Positions 1 through 10,046 of a DNA stretch of 64,000 nucleotides are shown one piece after another. The stretch is from positions 3,298 through 67,297 of the forward strand of contig JACKCJ010000013.1 in the NCBI GenBank assembly GCA_020634075.1, in the 5' to 3' direction. The notes below the pieces were generated by a model. It saw only the letters and a program-made list of their open reading frames with translations, did not search any database and was not told where the DNA came from. The position numbers and the translations under genes are program-made. This DNA is from Dehalococcoidia bacterium. Its GTDB lineage: Bacteria > Chloroflexota > Dehalococcoidia > UBA2979. Each line of letters starts with the position of its first letter. The first letter of the stretch is position 1.

Positions 1-621
1 CATGAACCCGGCGGTCGCCGGGGCAAGCAGACGCATGGTGTTCATGCCCGAGGCATTCAGCCCGATCGCGTTCGTCAGGCGCTCCTCGCCGACGATCTCG
101 GGGATCATCGCCTGGCGCGCCGGCATCGAGAACGACATCGCGATGCCCTGGAGGACGGCCGCCGCGTAGAGGTGCTCCACGCGGAGACGGTCGGTGAAGA
201 TCAGCACGGCGATCGCGGCCGTGATGATCGCACTCGCGCACTGACCCACCTGCAGCACGCGTCGACGACTCGCGCGGTCGGCGAGGACGCCGCCGACGAG
301 GGCAAGGAAGAGCCGCGGGACGGCGTTCGCGAGGGCGACGCCGCCGAGGGCGGCGAACGAGTCCGTGAGCTGGTACGCCAGCAGCCCTCGCACGACGTTC
401 TGCATCTGCTGCGCAGACCAGTTGCCCATCATCGAGAGCAGATACCAGCGGAACGCGGGGACCTCGATGAGCGAGTCGAAGGTACGGAACCGGCGGCCCG
501 TCGTGTATTCGGCGCTGACGGAGCGATCGAGCGTCGCCGCCGCGGTCGCGGCTCCCTCCAGGCCTTCCGCCGCGACGGCGGACGTGCTCGAGGAGGCGAT
601 GGGACGCTCGGCTGCGGACAC
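1..621 (-). CDS. MFS transporter, N-terminal part only (gene continues past left edge)
   Basis: This gene is missing from the ORF track because it runs off the window. Reverse-strand reading from the GTG at 619-621 gives VSAAERPI...RRFRTFDSLIEVPAFRWYLLSMMGNWSAQQMQNVVRGLLAYQLT...SMPARQAMIPEIVGEERLTNAIGLNASGMNTMRLLAP. That sequence is colinear with, and paralogous to, the MFS at 8494-9891. The start codon is uncertain. Confidence 0.7.
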   Translation of the reverse strand, partial: MSAAERPIASSSTSAVAAEGLEGAATAAATLDRSVSAEYTTGRRFRTFDSLIEVPAFRWYLLSMMGNWSAQQMQNVVRGLLAYQLTDSFAALGGVALANAVPRLFLALVGGVLADRASRRRVLQVGQCASAIITAAIAVLIFTDRLRVEHLYAAAVLQGIAMSFSMPARQAMIPEIVGEERLTNAIGLNASGMNTMRLLAPATAGFM

Positions 622-772
622 GGGCAGGGGGCTCCCTCGATGTCTGACCTTTACGGTCACGGAAGAGTAAGCGATTTCATAACGGATCGCGACTCGGCCG
701 AGGCAGGCCATCCGGCCCGCGACGGCACCCGCGTCTGTTGCCGCCCGGGGGGCCGGGCCGCATAGTGCCGCT

Positions 773-2224
773 GTGGCTCCCACCGCGCTGACCCGGCTCC
801 CTCGGAAGTGGCGGACCCTGATCGCCGTGGGGTTCGGCACGTTCATGGCGACGATGGACTTCTCCATCGTCAACGTCGCGCTGCCCAGCTTCTCGGACGA
901 GTTCGACCGCTCGCCGGACACGGTGGTGTGGGCCACGCTTGGGTCGAGCCTCGTGGTCACCGGGCTCACCCTCACGGCGGGACGGGCGGGCGACCTCTAC
1001 GGCCGCAAGCGCGTCTACCTCGCCGGGTGGGCGATCCTCACGCTGGCGCTGACGGCGGCCTCGTTCGCGCAGTCACTCGAGCAGGTCATCGCGCTGAGGC
1101 TCGTGCAGGCCGTCGGCGTATCACTGGCGATCGCGAACGCGAACGCCATCGTCACGGACGCGTTCCCCGACTCCGAACGGGGGAGGGCACTCGGCACGAT
1201 CACCTCGATCGTGGGGGCGGGACTCATGTCGGGCCCGATCCTCGGGGGCTTCATCCTCGAGATCGCGGACTGGCGCGCCATCTTCTACGCCCGCATCCCC
1301 GTCGGCATCCTCGCGATCGTCATGGGCATCCTCGAGATCCACGAAGAACCGCGGGAGCGCGAGGCGAGCCGCAAGCTCGACCTGCCGGGCGCGGTGCTGC
1401 TGTTCACCGCGCTCACGAGCATGCTCGTGTCGGTGAACCGGGGTCAGAGCTGGGGCTGGACGTCCCCGGTGATCATCGGACTCGCCGTGGGCGGCGTCGC
1501 GCTGCTCGTCGTGTTCCTGCGGGTCGAGGCGCGCGTCGCCAGCCCGATCCTGTCGCTGACGCTGTTCCGCATGCGGACGTTCGCCTCATCGATCGCGAGC
1601 CTGATGCTGAACTTCGTCGGGCAATCGTCCGTGATCTTCCTGATGCCCTTCTATCTCATCGAGGTTCGGGAGTTCTCGACCGCTCAGACCGGCCTGATGA
1701 TCGCGATGGTGCCGGTGATGATGCTGGTCTTCGCGCCGCTGTCTGGCTGGGTGGCGGACCGGACGGGCTGGCCGTACCAGGCCACGCTCGGGATCGGCCT
1801 GGTGAGCGCGGGGCTACTCACGCTCGCCACGCTCGGCGCCGACACGTCGGTCCCGCTCGTCCTCGCGCGCCTGGCGCTCGTCGGCCTCGGCGCCGTGATC
1901 TTCGGCCCGCCCAACACGAGCACGATCATGGGCAGCGTGCCGAGGAACATGCTCGGCACCGCCTCCGCGAGTGTCGCAACCTCGAGGAACGTCGGGAACG
2001 CGGTCGGCCTGGCCGTGGGGAGCGCGGTCCTCGTGATCGTCGGTGGCGGCGCCAGCGCCGGGCTCTCCGCGAGCGATCTGCCGCCTGAGGATCTCCTCCG
2101 CGGCATCCGCGCTGCCTTCCTCGCGGCCGGACTGCTGTCGCTGCTCGCGATCGGCGCGTCCCTCACGCGCGGCTCGGATGAGACGCGCCCCCGGCCGGCT
2201 GCGGCCACGACGGCGTCCCGCTAG
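773..2224 (+). CDS. MFS drug:H+ antiporter, DHA2 (EmrB/QacA-like, 14-TM type)
   Basis: 483-aa ORF with a GTG start. The N terminus carries MDFSIVNVALPSF, and GRAGDLYGRKRVYL is also present. Multiple hydrophobic helices span the whole length. Confidence 0.85.
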   Translation: MAPTALTRLPRKWRTLIAVGFGTFMATMDFSIVNVALPSFSDEFDRSPDTVVWATLGSSLVVTGLTLTAGRAGDLYGRKRVYLAGWAILTLALTAASFAQSLEQVIALRLVQAVGVSLAIANANAIVTDAFPDSERGRALGTITSIVGAGLMSGPILGGFILEIADWRAIFYARIPVGILAIVMGILEIHEEPREREASRKLDLPGAVLLFTALTSMLVSVNRGQSWGWTSPVIIGLAVGGVALLVVFLRVEARVASPILSLTLFRMRTFASSIASLMLNFVGQSSVIFLMPFYLIEVREFSTAQTGLMIAMVPVMMLVFAPLSGWVADRTGWPYQATLGIGLVSAGLLTLATLGADTSVPLVLARLALVGLGAVIFGPPNTSTIMGSVPRNMLGTASASVATSRNVGNAVGLAVGSAVLVIVGGGASAGLSASDLPPEDLLRGIRAAFLAAGLLSLLAIGASLTRGSDETRPRPAAATTASR

Positions 2225-2279
2225 CCCTCGGGCACGCTCGCCCCCGCGCGCCGCGGACGGACTCTCCGACGGCGAGCAG

Positions 2280-2804
2280 CTAGCTCGCCCGGCGCGCCCG
2301 GATCATCGCGAACTGCAGCGCGAGCACGGAGAGGAAGCCGCACCCGGCCATGAACGGGATCGAGATGAACCCGAACTCCTCGACGTAGCGCGTGGTGCAC
2401 GGCACGCCCGAGGAGCACGCTCCGCCCTGCTCGGGGAAGACCTGCAGCTGGTAGTGGTAGATCGAGAGCAGCAGGCCGATCGCAGCGATCGGGATCACGT
2501 ACTTCGCGACCCGGTCATCGCGTGTGATCGCGGCGACGAGCAGGATTACGGCCAGCGGGTACATCGCGATGCGCTGGAACCAGCAGAACTCGCAGGGGAT
2601 GAACCCGACGCCCTCCGAGTAGTAGAGGGACGCGCCCATCGCCGTGCCGGCGACGGCGAACGCGAGCCACCGTCCCTGTCCGAGGAGCAGCGCCCGCAGC
2701 GACGTAGCGCCGGGCGCCGATGCTCCGAGGGCCATCGCCACCGACAGCCCAACCACCAGCAGCGCGCCCATCGCGAGGATGGGCGAAACCGTTGCTTCGC
2801 TCAT
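2280..2804 (-). CDS. Disulfide bond formation protein, DsbB/BdbC family
   Basis: 174-aa polytopic membrane ORF. It has a CxxC pair (PCEFCWFQR) and a second Cys pair (GACSSGVPC), the arrangement typical of BdbC-type thiol oxidoreductases. Confidence 0.75.
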   Translation of the reverse strand: MSEATVSPILAMGALLVVGLSVAMALGASAPGATSLRALLLGQGRWLAFAVAGTAMGASLYYSEGVGFIPCEFCWFQRIAMYPLAVILLVAAITRDDRVAKYVIPIAAIGLLLSIYHYQLQVFPEQGGACSSGVPCTTRYVEEFGFISIPFMAGCGFLSVLALQFAMIRARRAS

Positions 2805-2893
2805 GCCGCCTCTTCTGCCTCGTGGGGGCCTTCAGGATATCGGCCCGCGAATCGACCGGCGAATCGGTCGGCTGCGATCGCGATCGGGCTGCG

Positions 2894-3433
2894 CTAGGGG
2901 CGCAGTCGATCGAAGAACTTCTGGCGCGCCTTCGCCACCTTCGGCGCCACGACCACCTGGCAGTACGGCTGGTACGCGTTCCGGCGGTAGTACTGGTTGT
3001 GGTACTCCTCGGCCGGATAGAACGTGTCGAGCGGGGTGACCTCGGTGACGATCGGGTCGTCCCAGAGCCCCTGCTCGGTCAGCTCCGAGATCACCTCGCG
3101 CGCCGTCGTTTCCTGCAGCGGCGTGTGGAAGTAGATCGCCGAACGGTACTGCGTCCCGACGTCGTGGCCCTGCCGGTTCAGGGTGGTCGGGTCGTGGATG
3201 GTGAAGAACACCTCCAGCAGATCGCGGTAGGTCACCTCGTCCGGGTCGAACTCGATCTGCACCACCTCTGCGTGGCCGGTCGTGCCTGAGCACACCGCCT
3301 CGTACGAGGGGTTCGGGACGTGGCCGCCCGCGTAGCCGGACTGCACGGACTCGACGCCCCGGAGCAGCTCGTAGACCGCCTCCAGGCACCAGAAGCATCC
3401 GCCTGCCAGCGTCGCCTTCTCGGTCTCTGCCAT
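2894..3433 (-). CDS. msrA: Peptide-methionine (S)-S-oxide reductase MsrA
   Basis: The [11 protein letters not shown] active-site motif is present, and YHNQYY lies near the C terminus. I chose the internal ATG at 3433 ([16 protein letters not shown]) because the 65 upstream codons of the 244-aa ORF look non-coding. Confidence 0.9.
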   Translation of the reverse strand: MAETEKATLAGGCFWCLEAVYELLRGVESVQSGYAGGHVPNPSYEAVCSGTTGHAEVVQIEFDPDEVTYRDLLEVFFTIHDPTTLNRQGHDVGTQYRSAIYFHTPLQETTAREVISELTEQGLWDDPIVTEVTPLDTFYPAEEYHNQYYRRNAYQPYCQVVVAPKVAKARQKFFDRLRP

Positions 3434-3611
3434 CCGTTTCCCCCTGCCTGGCCGAGCCGCACGCGGCGGATCGGTCGAGTCGTCGTTGCCGCCCCGGAAA
3501 TCTCTCGTACTGATCGTAAGGGAACCACTCGGCACACAAGCGTTATCGCGGTAGTCTGCGCTTCCCGCTGCACCTCGGAGCGACCGAGGGTGGCAGGGCA
3601 GGAGGATCCAC

Positions 3612-4928
3612 GTGGTCGAAACGAGCACGGAGCCCGACAGCGAGCTGTCGGTCGAGGAGCCGCAGCGCGGCCTTCGAGGCGTCTACTACGGCTACTGGCT
3701 GGTCGGCGCGGCCTTCATCGCCCAGTTCGTCTCGGTCGGAGCGCAGAACTACGTCATCGGCTCCTTCCAGACGCCGATGACGGAGGAGCTGGACTGGTCA
3801 CGCGCGGAGTTCACCGCCGCCCGGACCATCGGCCAGTTCATCATGGCGTTCACCGGCGTGTTCATCGGCAGCATCGTGGACCGCCACGGCGCGAAGTGGC
3901 TCATGCGCATCGGGATCGTCGTGATGAGCTCCGCGCTCTTCATGCTGTCGCAGGTGCAGGAGCTGTGGCAGTGGTGGCTCCTGAACGGCCTCATCCTCAC
4001 CGCCGGCTCCGCGATGATCGGCAACCTCGTCGTCAACGTGACGATCTCGAAGTGGTTCGTCGAGCGCCGCGGCAACATGATCGGCTTCGCCTCGATGGGC
4101 GTGTCGTTCGCCGGCATCGCCATCACGCCGTTTGCCGCGTTCCTCGTGGAGACGGTCGGCTGGCGGGACGCCTGGAAGATCACCGCCATCTGCGCCGCCG
4201 TGATCATCGTGCCGCTGTCGTTCCTCATGCGCCGCGCGCCCGAGGACCACGGGTGGCACCCGGACGGCAAGACCGACGCCCAGGTGGCGGCCGGAGGCGG
4301 CCTCGCCGCCGCCCGCGACTTCGCGAGCTCGATCACGCGCTCCGAGGCTGTCCGGCTCCGCGCCTTCTACGTGATCGCGATCTCGTTCGGCCTCGGCGTC
4401 ATCTCCATCGGCACGATGCTCATCAACGGCCAGCCGTTCCTCGAGGACGCGGGCTACAGCAAGGGGTTCGCGGCCGCGATGATCACCGCGGCATCCGTCC
4501 CCGCGCTGCTGCTGAAGCCGGTGTGGGGCATCTTCCTGGACCGCGCCAACGTCCAGCGGATCTCGCTCGTCGGGTTCCTCGTGAACGCCGCCGGCCTGCT
4601 CGCGATCGTGCTCACGGTGCCCACCGGCGCGAAGGTGCTGGTCACGCTGAGCTTCGCGTTGCTCGGGGCGGGGTGGAGCGGCTTCATCCCGCTCCAGGAG
4701 GTTGTCTGGGCGACCTACTTCGGCCGGAGGTACCTCGGCGCTGTGCGCAGTGCCGGCCTCCCGATCGCGCTGGGCATCAGCGCCAGCGCGCCGCTCGGGA
4801 CGGCGTTCTACTTCGACCACATCGGCAACTACAACGGCGCGTTTCTGACCATCGCCGCCCTGAACCTCATCGGCGGGGCGCTGCTCATGACGGCGCGGCC
4901 CCCGACGCGCGTCGAACGCGCCGACTAG
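3612..4928 (+). CDS. MFS transporter (oxalate/formate antiporter-like)
   Basis: 438-aa ORF. The GTG start is preceded by AGGAGG 6 nt upstream. It has a 12-TM-like hydrophobic pattern with a central loop. Confidence 0.8.
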   Translation: MVETSTEPDSELSVEEPQRGLRGVYYGYWLVGAAFIAQFVSVGAQNYVIGSFQTPMTEELDWSRAEFTAARTIGQFIMAFTGVFIGSIVDRHGAKWLMRIGIVVMSSALFMLSQVQELWQWWLLNGLILTAGSAMIGNLVVNVTISKWFVERRGNMIGFASMGVSFAGIAITPFAAFLVETVGWRDAWKITAICAAVIIVPLSFLMRRAPEDHGWHPDGKTDAQVAAGGGLAAARDFASSITRSEAVRLRAFYVIAISFGLGVISIGTMLINGQPFLEDAGYSKGFAAAMITAASVPALLLKPVWGIFLDRANVQRISLVGFLVNAAGLLAIVLTVPTGAKVLVTLSFALLGAGWSGFIPLQEVVWATYFGRRYLGAVRSAGLPIALGISASAPLGTAFYFDHIGNYNGAFLTIAALNLIGGALLMTARPPTRVERAD

Positions 4929-4959
4929 CGGGGCACCTCCGAGGACGACCGGAACGCGA

Positions 4960-4984
4960 GAGGGGCGGCCACTGGCCGCCCCTC
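4960..4984. terminator. GC-rich hairpin between convergent genes (possible bidirectional terminator)
   Basis: GAGGGGCGGCC-act-GGCCGCCCCTC is an 11-bp perfect stem. It lies between the MFS stop (4928) and the YHS gene stop (5008). The flanking T tracts are weak. Confidence 0.45.
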
Positions 4985-5007
4985 GATCGTGTGTGCCGCG
5001 GCGCGTC

Positions 5008-5166
5008 CTAGGCGGACGCCGCCTCGAGGTACTTCGCGGGGTTCGCGATGAAGCGGTTGCGGCAGCCCAGGTCGTCGAAGACGTACCACTTGCCGTCGTG
5101 CATCCACTTCATACCGTTCTCAGGCTGGAAGCCCTTGTTGCACACCATGCACGTCTGATCAGCCAT
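5008..5166 (-). CDS. YHS-domain small metal-binding protein
   Basis: MADQTCMVCNKGF...KWYVFDDLGCRNRFIANPAKY matches the YHS/TRASH pattern. I chose the ATG at 5166 inside the 71-aa ORF. Confidence 0.75.
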   Translation of the reverse strand: MADQTCMVCNKGFQPENGMKWMHDGKWYVFDDLGCRNRFIANPAKYLEAASA

Positions 5167-5277
5167 CGTGTTCGCTCCTCGGGATGGGGCCCGGACCCGC
5201 ACCGGTGCCCTGCGAGCACGCATGTTATCCCTCGGCGCAAGCCTCGTGGGCGATGTGATGGGGATCGAAACGAAGCG

Positions 5278-6615
5278 CTACGGCTGGTTTCCGAGCGCAC
5301 GGAGTGCCAGCGCCTCGCCGAGGATCGACCGCTGCAGCTCGCCGAGGTCCTGGCTCTCACCGGGGCCGTGGATGTGCGAGGTGGGCTCCCCGACGCCGGT
5401 GATGAGGATCGCCGCGTCCGGGAACCGTTCCGCGAGCATCGCGACGAGCGGGATCGAGCCGCCGACGCCGATCTCCGCCGGAGCGACGCCCCACGCCTCG
5501 GCCATGCCGTCGGCGAACGCCTGGTACGCGGCTCCGCGCTGCGTCAGTGCGAAGGGCGGCGCGCTCGAGCCCGGCGTGACGGTGACGCGCGCGCCCCACG
5601 GGACGTGTGTCTCGAGGTGCCGGACGAGCGCATCCATCGCGCTCCGGGGGTCCTCGCCCGGGGCGAGGCGGAGGCTCACCTTCGCGCGGGCGACCGGCAC
5701 GATCTGGTTGATCGCCTCGGACAGCCTCGGCGCTTCGAACGCGAGGACGGAGACGGCGGGGCGCGACCACATGCGCGCCGCCAGCGATCCGTCACCGACC
5801 AGCTCGACGCCGTCCAGCAGCCCCGAGCTCTTCCGCAGCTCGGACTCATCGACGTCGACCTCGGGAGTCGGCGCCGACACCAATCCCTCGATCGCGCAGT
5901 TGCCGTGCTCATCGTGCAGGGTGGCGATCAGGCGGCTGAGGCAGGTCACGGCATCCGGGATCGCGCCGCCAAACTGGCCGCTGTGTACGCCCGCCTCGAG
6001 CGTCCGTACTTCGACCACCGCGTCGACGAGTCCGCGCAGGGACGTCGTCATCGCCGGGTGGCCGACGGCCCAGTGCTCAGAGTCCGCGATGACGATGGCG
6101 TCCGCGGCGAGGCGATCCCCGTAGCGATCGAGGAGTCCCTCCGCGTGCGGCGAACCGAGCTCCTCCTCGCCCTCGACGATCACCGTCACGCCGACCGCGA
6201 GCGCATCGCCGAGGGCCCGCAGCGCGCCGAGGTGGATCGCGATGCCGGACTTGTCGTCGGAGGCGCCGCGTCCGTGCAGGCGGCCGTCGCGTTCGACGGG
6301 CTCAAACGGGTTCGCCTCCCAGCCTCCGAGGTCGCCCGCCGGCTGCACGTCGTAGTGGGCGTAGAGGAGCACCGTCGGCGCTCCGTCGGGGGCAGGCCTC
6401 GTGCCGAGCACGACTGGCGGTGCGTCGGGCACCTCGAGGACCTCGACATCGAGACCGACGCCGGTGAGGAGGTCGCGGACGCGCTCGGCACAGGCTCGCA
6501 GGTCAGCGGCGTGGCCGGGATCGGCGCTCACGGATGGGATGCGGACCAGCGCTTCGAGGTCGGCGCGCACGCCGGGGAAGACCTGTTCGACGGCCTGGCG
6601 TAGTTCCTCGGTCAT
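5278..6615 (-). CDS. M20-family dipeptidase/deacylase
   Basis: Motifs LLYAHYDVQP, GRGASDDKSG and VEGEEELGS match the metal ligands of ArgE/DapE/PepV-type enzymes. The start is set at ATG 6615 (MTEELRQAVEQ). The longer 567-aa form would overlap the divergent crotonase gene. Confidence 0.85.
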   Translation of the reverse strand: MTEELRQAVEQVFPGVRADLEALVRIPSVSADPGHAADLRACAERVRDLLTGVGLDVEVLEVPDAPPVVLGTRPAPDGAPTVLLYAHYDVQPAGDLGGWEANPFEPVERDGRLHGRGASDDKSGIAIHLGALRALGDALAVGVTVIVEGEEELGSPHAEGLLDRYGDRLAADAIVIADSEHWAVGHPAMTTSLRGLVDAVVEVRTLEAGVHSGQFGGAIPDAVTCLSRLIATLHDEHGNCAIEGLVSAPTPEVDVDESELRKSSGLLDGVELVGDGSLAARMWSRPAVSVLAFEAPRLSEAINQIVPVARAKVSLRLAPGEDPRSAMDALVRHLETHVPWGARVTVTPGSSAPPFALTQRGAAYQAFADGMAEAWGVAPAEIGVGGSIPLVAMLAERFPDAAILITGVGEPTSHIHGPGESQDLGELQRSILGEALALRALGNQP

Positions 6616-6708
6616 GGCGTGATCCTCCTCGGCTCGTCCGCCTTCGCGCGGTCGGCGCGCCGATCGTAGTAGCGTCACGCCGCACCGACGTTTGCGGAGG
6701 AGATCGCG

Positions 6709-7479
6709 ATGGCCGACGAACCCGAGCTGCTGGTCGAGGACGCCGAGGGCGTACGGACGCTGACGCTGAACCGCCCGGACCGCCTCAACGCGCTCACGAT
6801 CCCGCTCCGGCTCGCGATCCAGCGGGCCGTCGAGGAGTTCGATGCGATCGATGACCTCCGTGTGCTGGTCATCACCGGCGCCGGTCGCGGCTTCTGCGCG
6901 GGGAGCGACCTCACCGGCGGGCAGGAGCCCGCCGAGCCCGAGCGCCTCCGCGATCACGCCCGCCTGCGCTTCGGCTGGCACCTGCCCCTCGACCGCACGG
7001 ACAAGCCGACGATCGCCGCGGTCAACGGCGTTGCGGCCGGTGGCGGCATCGGGCTCGCCGCGTCGTGCGACATGATCGTCGCGTCCTCCGAGGCGTCCTT
7101 CGCGCCGGCGTTCATCAAGATCGCGCTGACCGCCGACAACGGCCTCGGCCAGACCCTCGTCCGGCGCGTCGGTTACTCGCGCGCCCTGAAGTTCTTACTC
7201 GAGGGCAAGCGACTCTCCGTGGAGGACGCCCTGCGCATCGGCCTCGTGGACGAGGTGTACGACGCCGAGACGTTCCGGGAGCAGGCTCTCGGGTTCGCGC
7301 GCGAACTGGCCTCGCAGCCTCCGCTCACCTCGCAGCTCACGAAGCGCCTCCTGAAGGACGCGCCGACGCTCCCGCGCCACGTCGAGCTGGCGTACGAGGA
7401 GCTGATGTACCGCTTCTCGAGCGTGAGCCCGGAGGCCGAGGCGGTGCGCGCCGAGCGAGAAGCACGGGCGAAGGACTGA
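6709..7479 (+). CDS. Enoyl-CoA hydratase/isomerase (crotonase) family protein
   Basis: Motifs VITGAGRGFCAGSDL and AAVNGVAAGGG are present. GGAGGAG lies upstream of the ATG. Confidence 0.85.
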   Translation: MADEPELLVEDAEGVRTLTLNRPDRLNALTIPLRLAIQRAVEEFDAIDDLRVLVITGAGRGFCAGSDLTGGQEPAEPERLRDHARLRFGWHLPLDRTDKPTIAAVNGVAAGGGIGLAASCDMIVASSEASFAPAFIKIALTADNGLGQTLVRRVGYSRALKFLLEGKRLSVEDALRIGLVDEVYDAETFREQALGFARELASQPPLTSQLTKRLLKDAPTLPRHVELAYEELMYRFSSVSPEAEAVRAEREARAKD

Positions 7480-7528
7480 AGTCCGAGGAACGACCCAAGA
7501 CACGGTTCGAGGACGAGGGGAGAGCGGC

Positions 7529-8404
7529 ATGGCCGTCGAACGGTTGGGCTACATCGGGCTCGGGGTGATGGGCAGCCGCATGGCGCGGAACCTCGCGCGG
7601 AAGTCCGGGCTGCCGGTCGTCGGCTACGACGTCGACCCGGCGAAGGTCGCCGCCCTGGCGGCGGACGGCATCGAGCCGGCGTCCTCGATCCGAGAGGTCG
7701 TCGAACGCACGGACGTGGTGTTCCTCTGTGTGCCCGGCGAGCCGCAGGTCCGCGAGGCGTGTCTCGGGGAGGGCGGCGTCGCCGAGTACGTGCGTCCGGG
7801 GCAGGTCGTCGTCGACATGACCACCGCCGGCCCCGGCATCGACCGCGAGGTCGCCGAGGCGCTGAGTGCGAAGGGCGTCGAGTTCGCTGACGCGCCGGTA
7901 GCGAAGGGCGTCCCCAACGCTGAAGCGGGCACGCTCGCGATCACCGTCGGCGGGTCCGAGGAGCTGTTCGAGCGGCTCCAGCCCTACCTGGGCTGCATGG
8001 GGACGGAGATCTCCCACTGCGGCCCGGTCGGCACCGGCCAGGTGATGAAGCTGATGAACAACATGCTCGTCCTGCAGAACGTCTCCGCGCTCGCAGAGGC
8101 GATGGCGATCGCGACGAGGGCGGGCGTCGCCCGCGAGCGGGTGTTCGACATCCTCCAGCACGGCTCGGGCGCTTCGTTCGCGATGACGCGCCACGGGACG
8201 TACATGACGAGCGGCGACTACCCCGACGACATGTTCCCCTCGCGCTACTCGCTGAAGGACATCACCTATGCGCTCGACCTCGCGTCCGAGGTAGGCGTCG
8301 ACGCACAGGGGGCCGAGCTGGCGAAGGCGCGCCTCGACGAGGTGATGGCACGCGGGCTGGGCGAGTACTACTGCCCGGTGATGTACCGGCTGTTCGAGGA
8401 CTAG
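7529..8404 (+). CDS. NAD(P)-dependent 3-hydroxyisobutyrate dehydrogenase-like oxidoreductase
   Basis: GYIGLGVMGSRMARNL forms a Rossmann motif. The C-terminal helical domain resembles the 6PGDH/HIBADH family (MKLMNNML). Confidence 0.85.
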   Translation: MAVERLGYIGLGVMGSRMARNLARKSGLPVVGYDVDPAKVAALAADGIEPASSIREVVERTDVVFLCVPGEPQVREACLGEGGVAEYVRPGQVVVDMTTAGPGIDREVAEALSAKGVEFADAPVAKGVPNAEAGTLAITVGGSEELFERLQPYLGCMGTEISHCGPVGTGQVMKLMNNMLVLQNVSALAEAMAIATRAGVARERVFDILQHGSGASFAMTRHGTYMTSGDYPDDMFPSRYSLKDITYALDLASEVGVDAQGAELAKARLDEVMARGLGEYYCPVMYRLFED

Positions 8405-8441
8405 CGCCCGGCGCTCCATCGCGGACGGCAAGGACCACGAA

Positions 8442-8472
8442 CAACGGCCGGGGCATTGCCCCGGCCGTTGTC
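8442..8472. terminator. Hairpin between convergent genes (possible bidirectional terminator)
   Basis: ACAACGGCCGGGG-cattg-CCCCGGCCGTTGT is a 13-bp perfect stem. It lies between the stops at 8404 (+) and 8494 (-). Confidence 0.45.
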
Positions 8473-8493
8473 GTGAGTGCGTGTCGTCGCGCG

Positions 8494-9891
8494 CTACTGG
8501 AGGCGGCGGACCGTCGGGACGAGGGCGCCGGCGAGTCCCATCGTGGCGATGAGGATCAGGCCGAGGCAGGCCACGACGACGCGGATTCCGAACGCCTCGG
8601 CGGCGATGCCGACGAAGAACGTGGCGAACTGCATCATGCTCATCTGCAGCATGAAGACGGCCATCACGCGGCCGCGGTACTCGCCCTCCACGTAGGAGTG
8701 GAGGAGGCCCTGCGAGAGGCCCATGCGGAAGGAGGAACCGAGGCCGAAGATGACCATCGTCACCAGGGCGAGTTCCTTCGTGTCCGCCTGCGCGAACAGG
8801 AAGATGCCGAGGCCGAGGATCGCGCCGCCGACGAGGAACAGCCAGCCGCGGTTTCGCTCCGGGATGGATGCGAGTGCGAACGCCCCCACGAGCGCGCCGA
8901 TGGCGCTGACGCTGAGCAGCGTGCCGGCGATGGCGCCGCCCTGCTCGGCGTTCTCCGCGAAGATGTCCGCGGCGTAGCCCGGCAGCAGGAACTGCAGCGG
9001 CATGCCGAACGCCGAGGTCGCGAAGGCGAGCGACAGGATGACGAACATCTTGTGGTCGCGCCAGATGTACCTGAAGCCACCACCGATGTCGGCGAAGGAG
9101 CTCGCGGCGACCTGCCGGAAGGTCTGGTCGGCCGCGCCGGGAGCGCTTGCCGGGCGCCAGGTCAGCTGCGACATGCAGATGATGGCGACGACGTAGAGCA
9201 GCGACATCGCGGTGAAGCCCCAGCCGAAGCCAAACGCGGCGACGATGAAGCCGCCGAGGGCAGGGGCGAAGAGCCGCATGGAGTTCATGCCGGCCATGTT
9301 GAGCGCCACGGCGTTCATCAGGCGGTCCGGCGCGACGACGTCCGGGATCATCGCCTGGCGGGCGGGCATCATCAGCGCCATCGTCGCGCCCTGGAGCGCC
9401 GCGCTGATCAGCAGCAGCTCGATGCTCATCATGCCCATGAACTCCGCCGCGGCGAGGGCCGCCGCGTTGAGGAGGCTCGCGAGCTGGCCGAGCTGCATCA
9501 CCGTCTTCTTCGGCTTCCGGTCGGCGATCACGCCGCCGAACATCGAAAGGAACAGCTGCGGCACCGCGCCGGCGAGGCCGACGAGGCCCAGGGTCGCGTA
9601 GGACTCGGTGAGCGCGTACGCCAGCAGACCGCGGATCACGAGCTGCATGTTCATGGAGCCCATGTGGCCCAGCATGGAGATGTAGAACCAGCGGAACTCG
9701 CGGTCGTAGAACGAGTCGAGCGTGCGTGGGAGGCGGCGCTTGCGGACGGCCTCAGTCTCGACGGTCGCGGCGGGCGCACTCGGGGCAACCGCGCTCGCGG
9801 GCGCCTCGGCCGGCATCGTGGCAGCGGCGGTGCGCTCCTGGACGGCGGACGCAGAGGCCGACTGGCCCCGGCGGATATTCAGACGTGCCAA
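8494..9891 (-). CDS. MFS transporter (paralog of the truncated gene at 1-621)
   Basis: 465-aa ORF carrying FRWFYISMLGHMGSMNMQLVIRGLLAYALT and MPARQAMIPDVVAPDRLMNAVALNMAGMNSMRLFAP. The start is a TTG at 9891, with GGGAAGG 8 nt upstream. An alternative ATG lies at 9816. Confidence 0.8.
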   Translation of the reverse strand: MARLNIRRGQSASASAVQERTAAATMPAEAPASAVAPSAPAATVETEAVRKRRLPRTLDSFYDREFRWFYISMLGHMGSMNMQLVIRGLLAYALTESYATLGLVGLAGAVPQLFLSMFGGVIADRKPKKTVMQLGQLASLLNAAALAAAEFMGMMSIELLLISAALQGATMALMMPARQAMIPDVVAPDRLMNAVALNMAGMNSMRLFAPALGGFIVAAFGFGWGFTAMSLLYVVAIICMSQLTWRPASAPGAADQTFRQVAASSFADIGGGFRYIWRDHKMFVILSLAFATSAFGMPLQFLLPGYAADIFAENAEQGGAIAGTLLSVSAIGALVGAFALASIPERNRGWLFLVGGAILGLGIFLFAQADTKELALVTMVIFGLGSSFRMGLSQGLLHSYVEGEYRGRVMAVFMLQMSMMQFATFFVGIAAEAFGIRVVVACLGLILIATMGLAGALVPTVRRLQ

Positions 9892-10046
9892 ACGGCGGAC
9901 CTTCCCGCGGGGCTCTTCACCTTACGTGCAGGGCAGGGTTCAACCTTACCAATAGGAAGCAACCTGAGCCCGCCCCAACGAGGAAGGTCGCTCCGGTCTC
10001 CGGCGTCCTCGTGGCGAGGGACGTCGAGGTATGCGCAGACTCGCCG

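Noticed and set aside
2894-3628. 244-aa long form of MsrA
   Set aside because: The extra 65 N-terminal codons look non-coding (mixed third positions, no signal-peptide logic). They would also consume the whole divergent promoter region shared with the MFS gene at 3612.
5278-6981. 567-aa long form of the M20 peptidase
   Set aside because: The 122 extra N-terminal codons have no homology-like features and overlap the divergent crotonase gene (6709 onward). The internal ATG 6615 gives a typical M20 N terminus.
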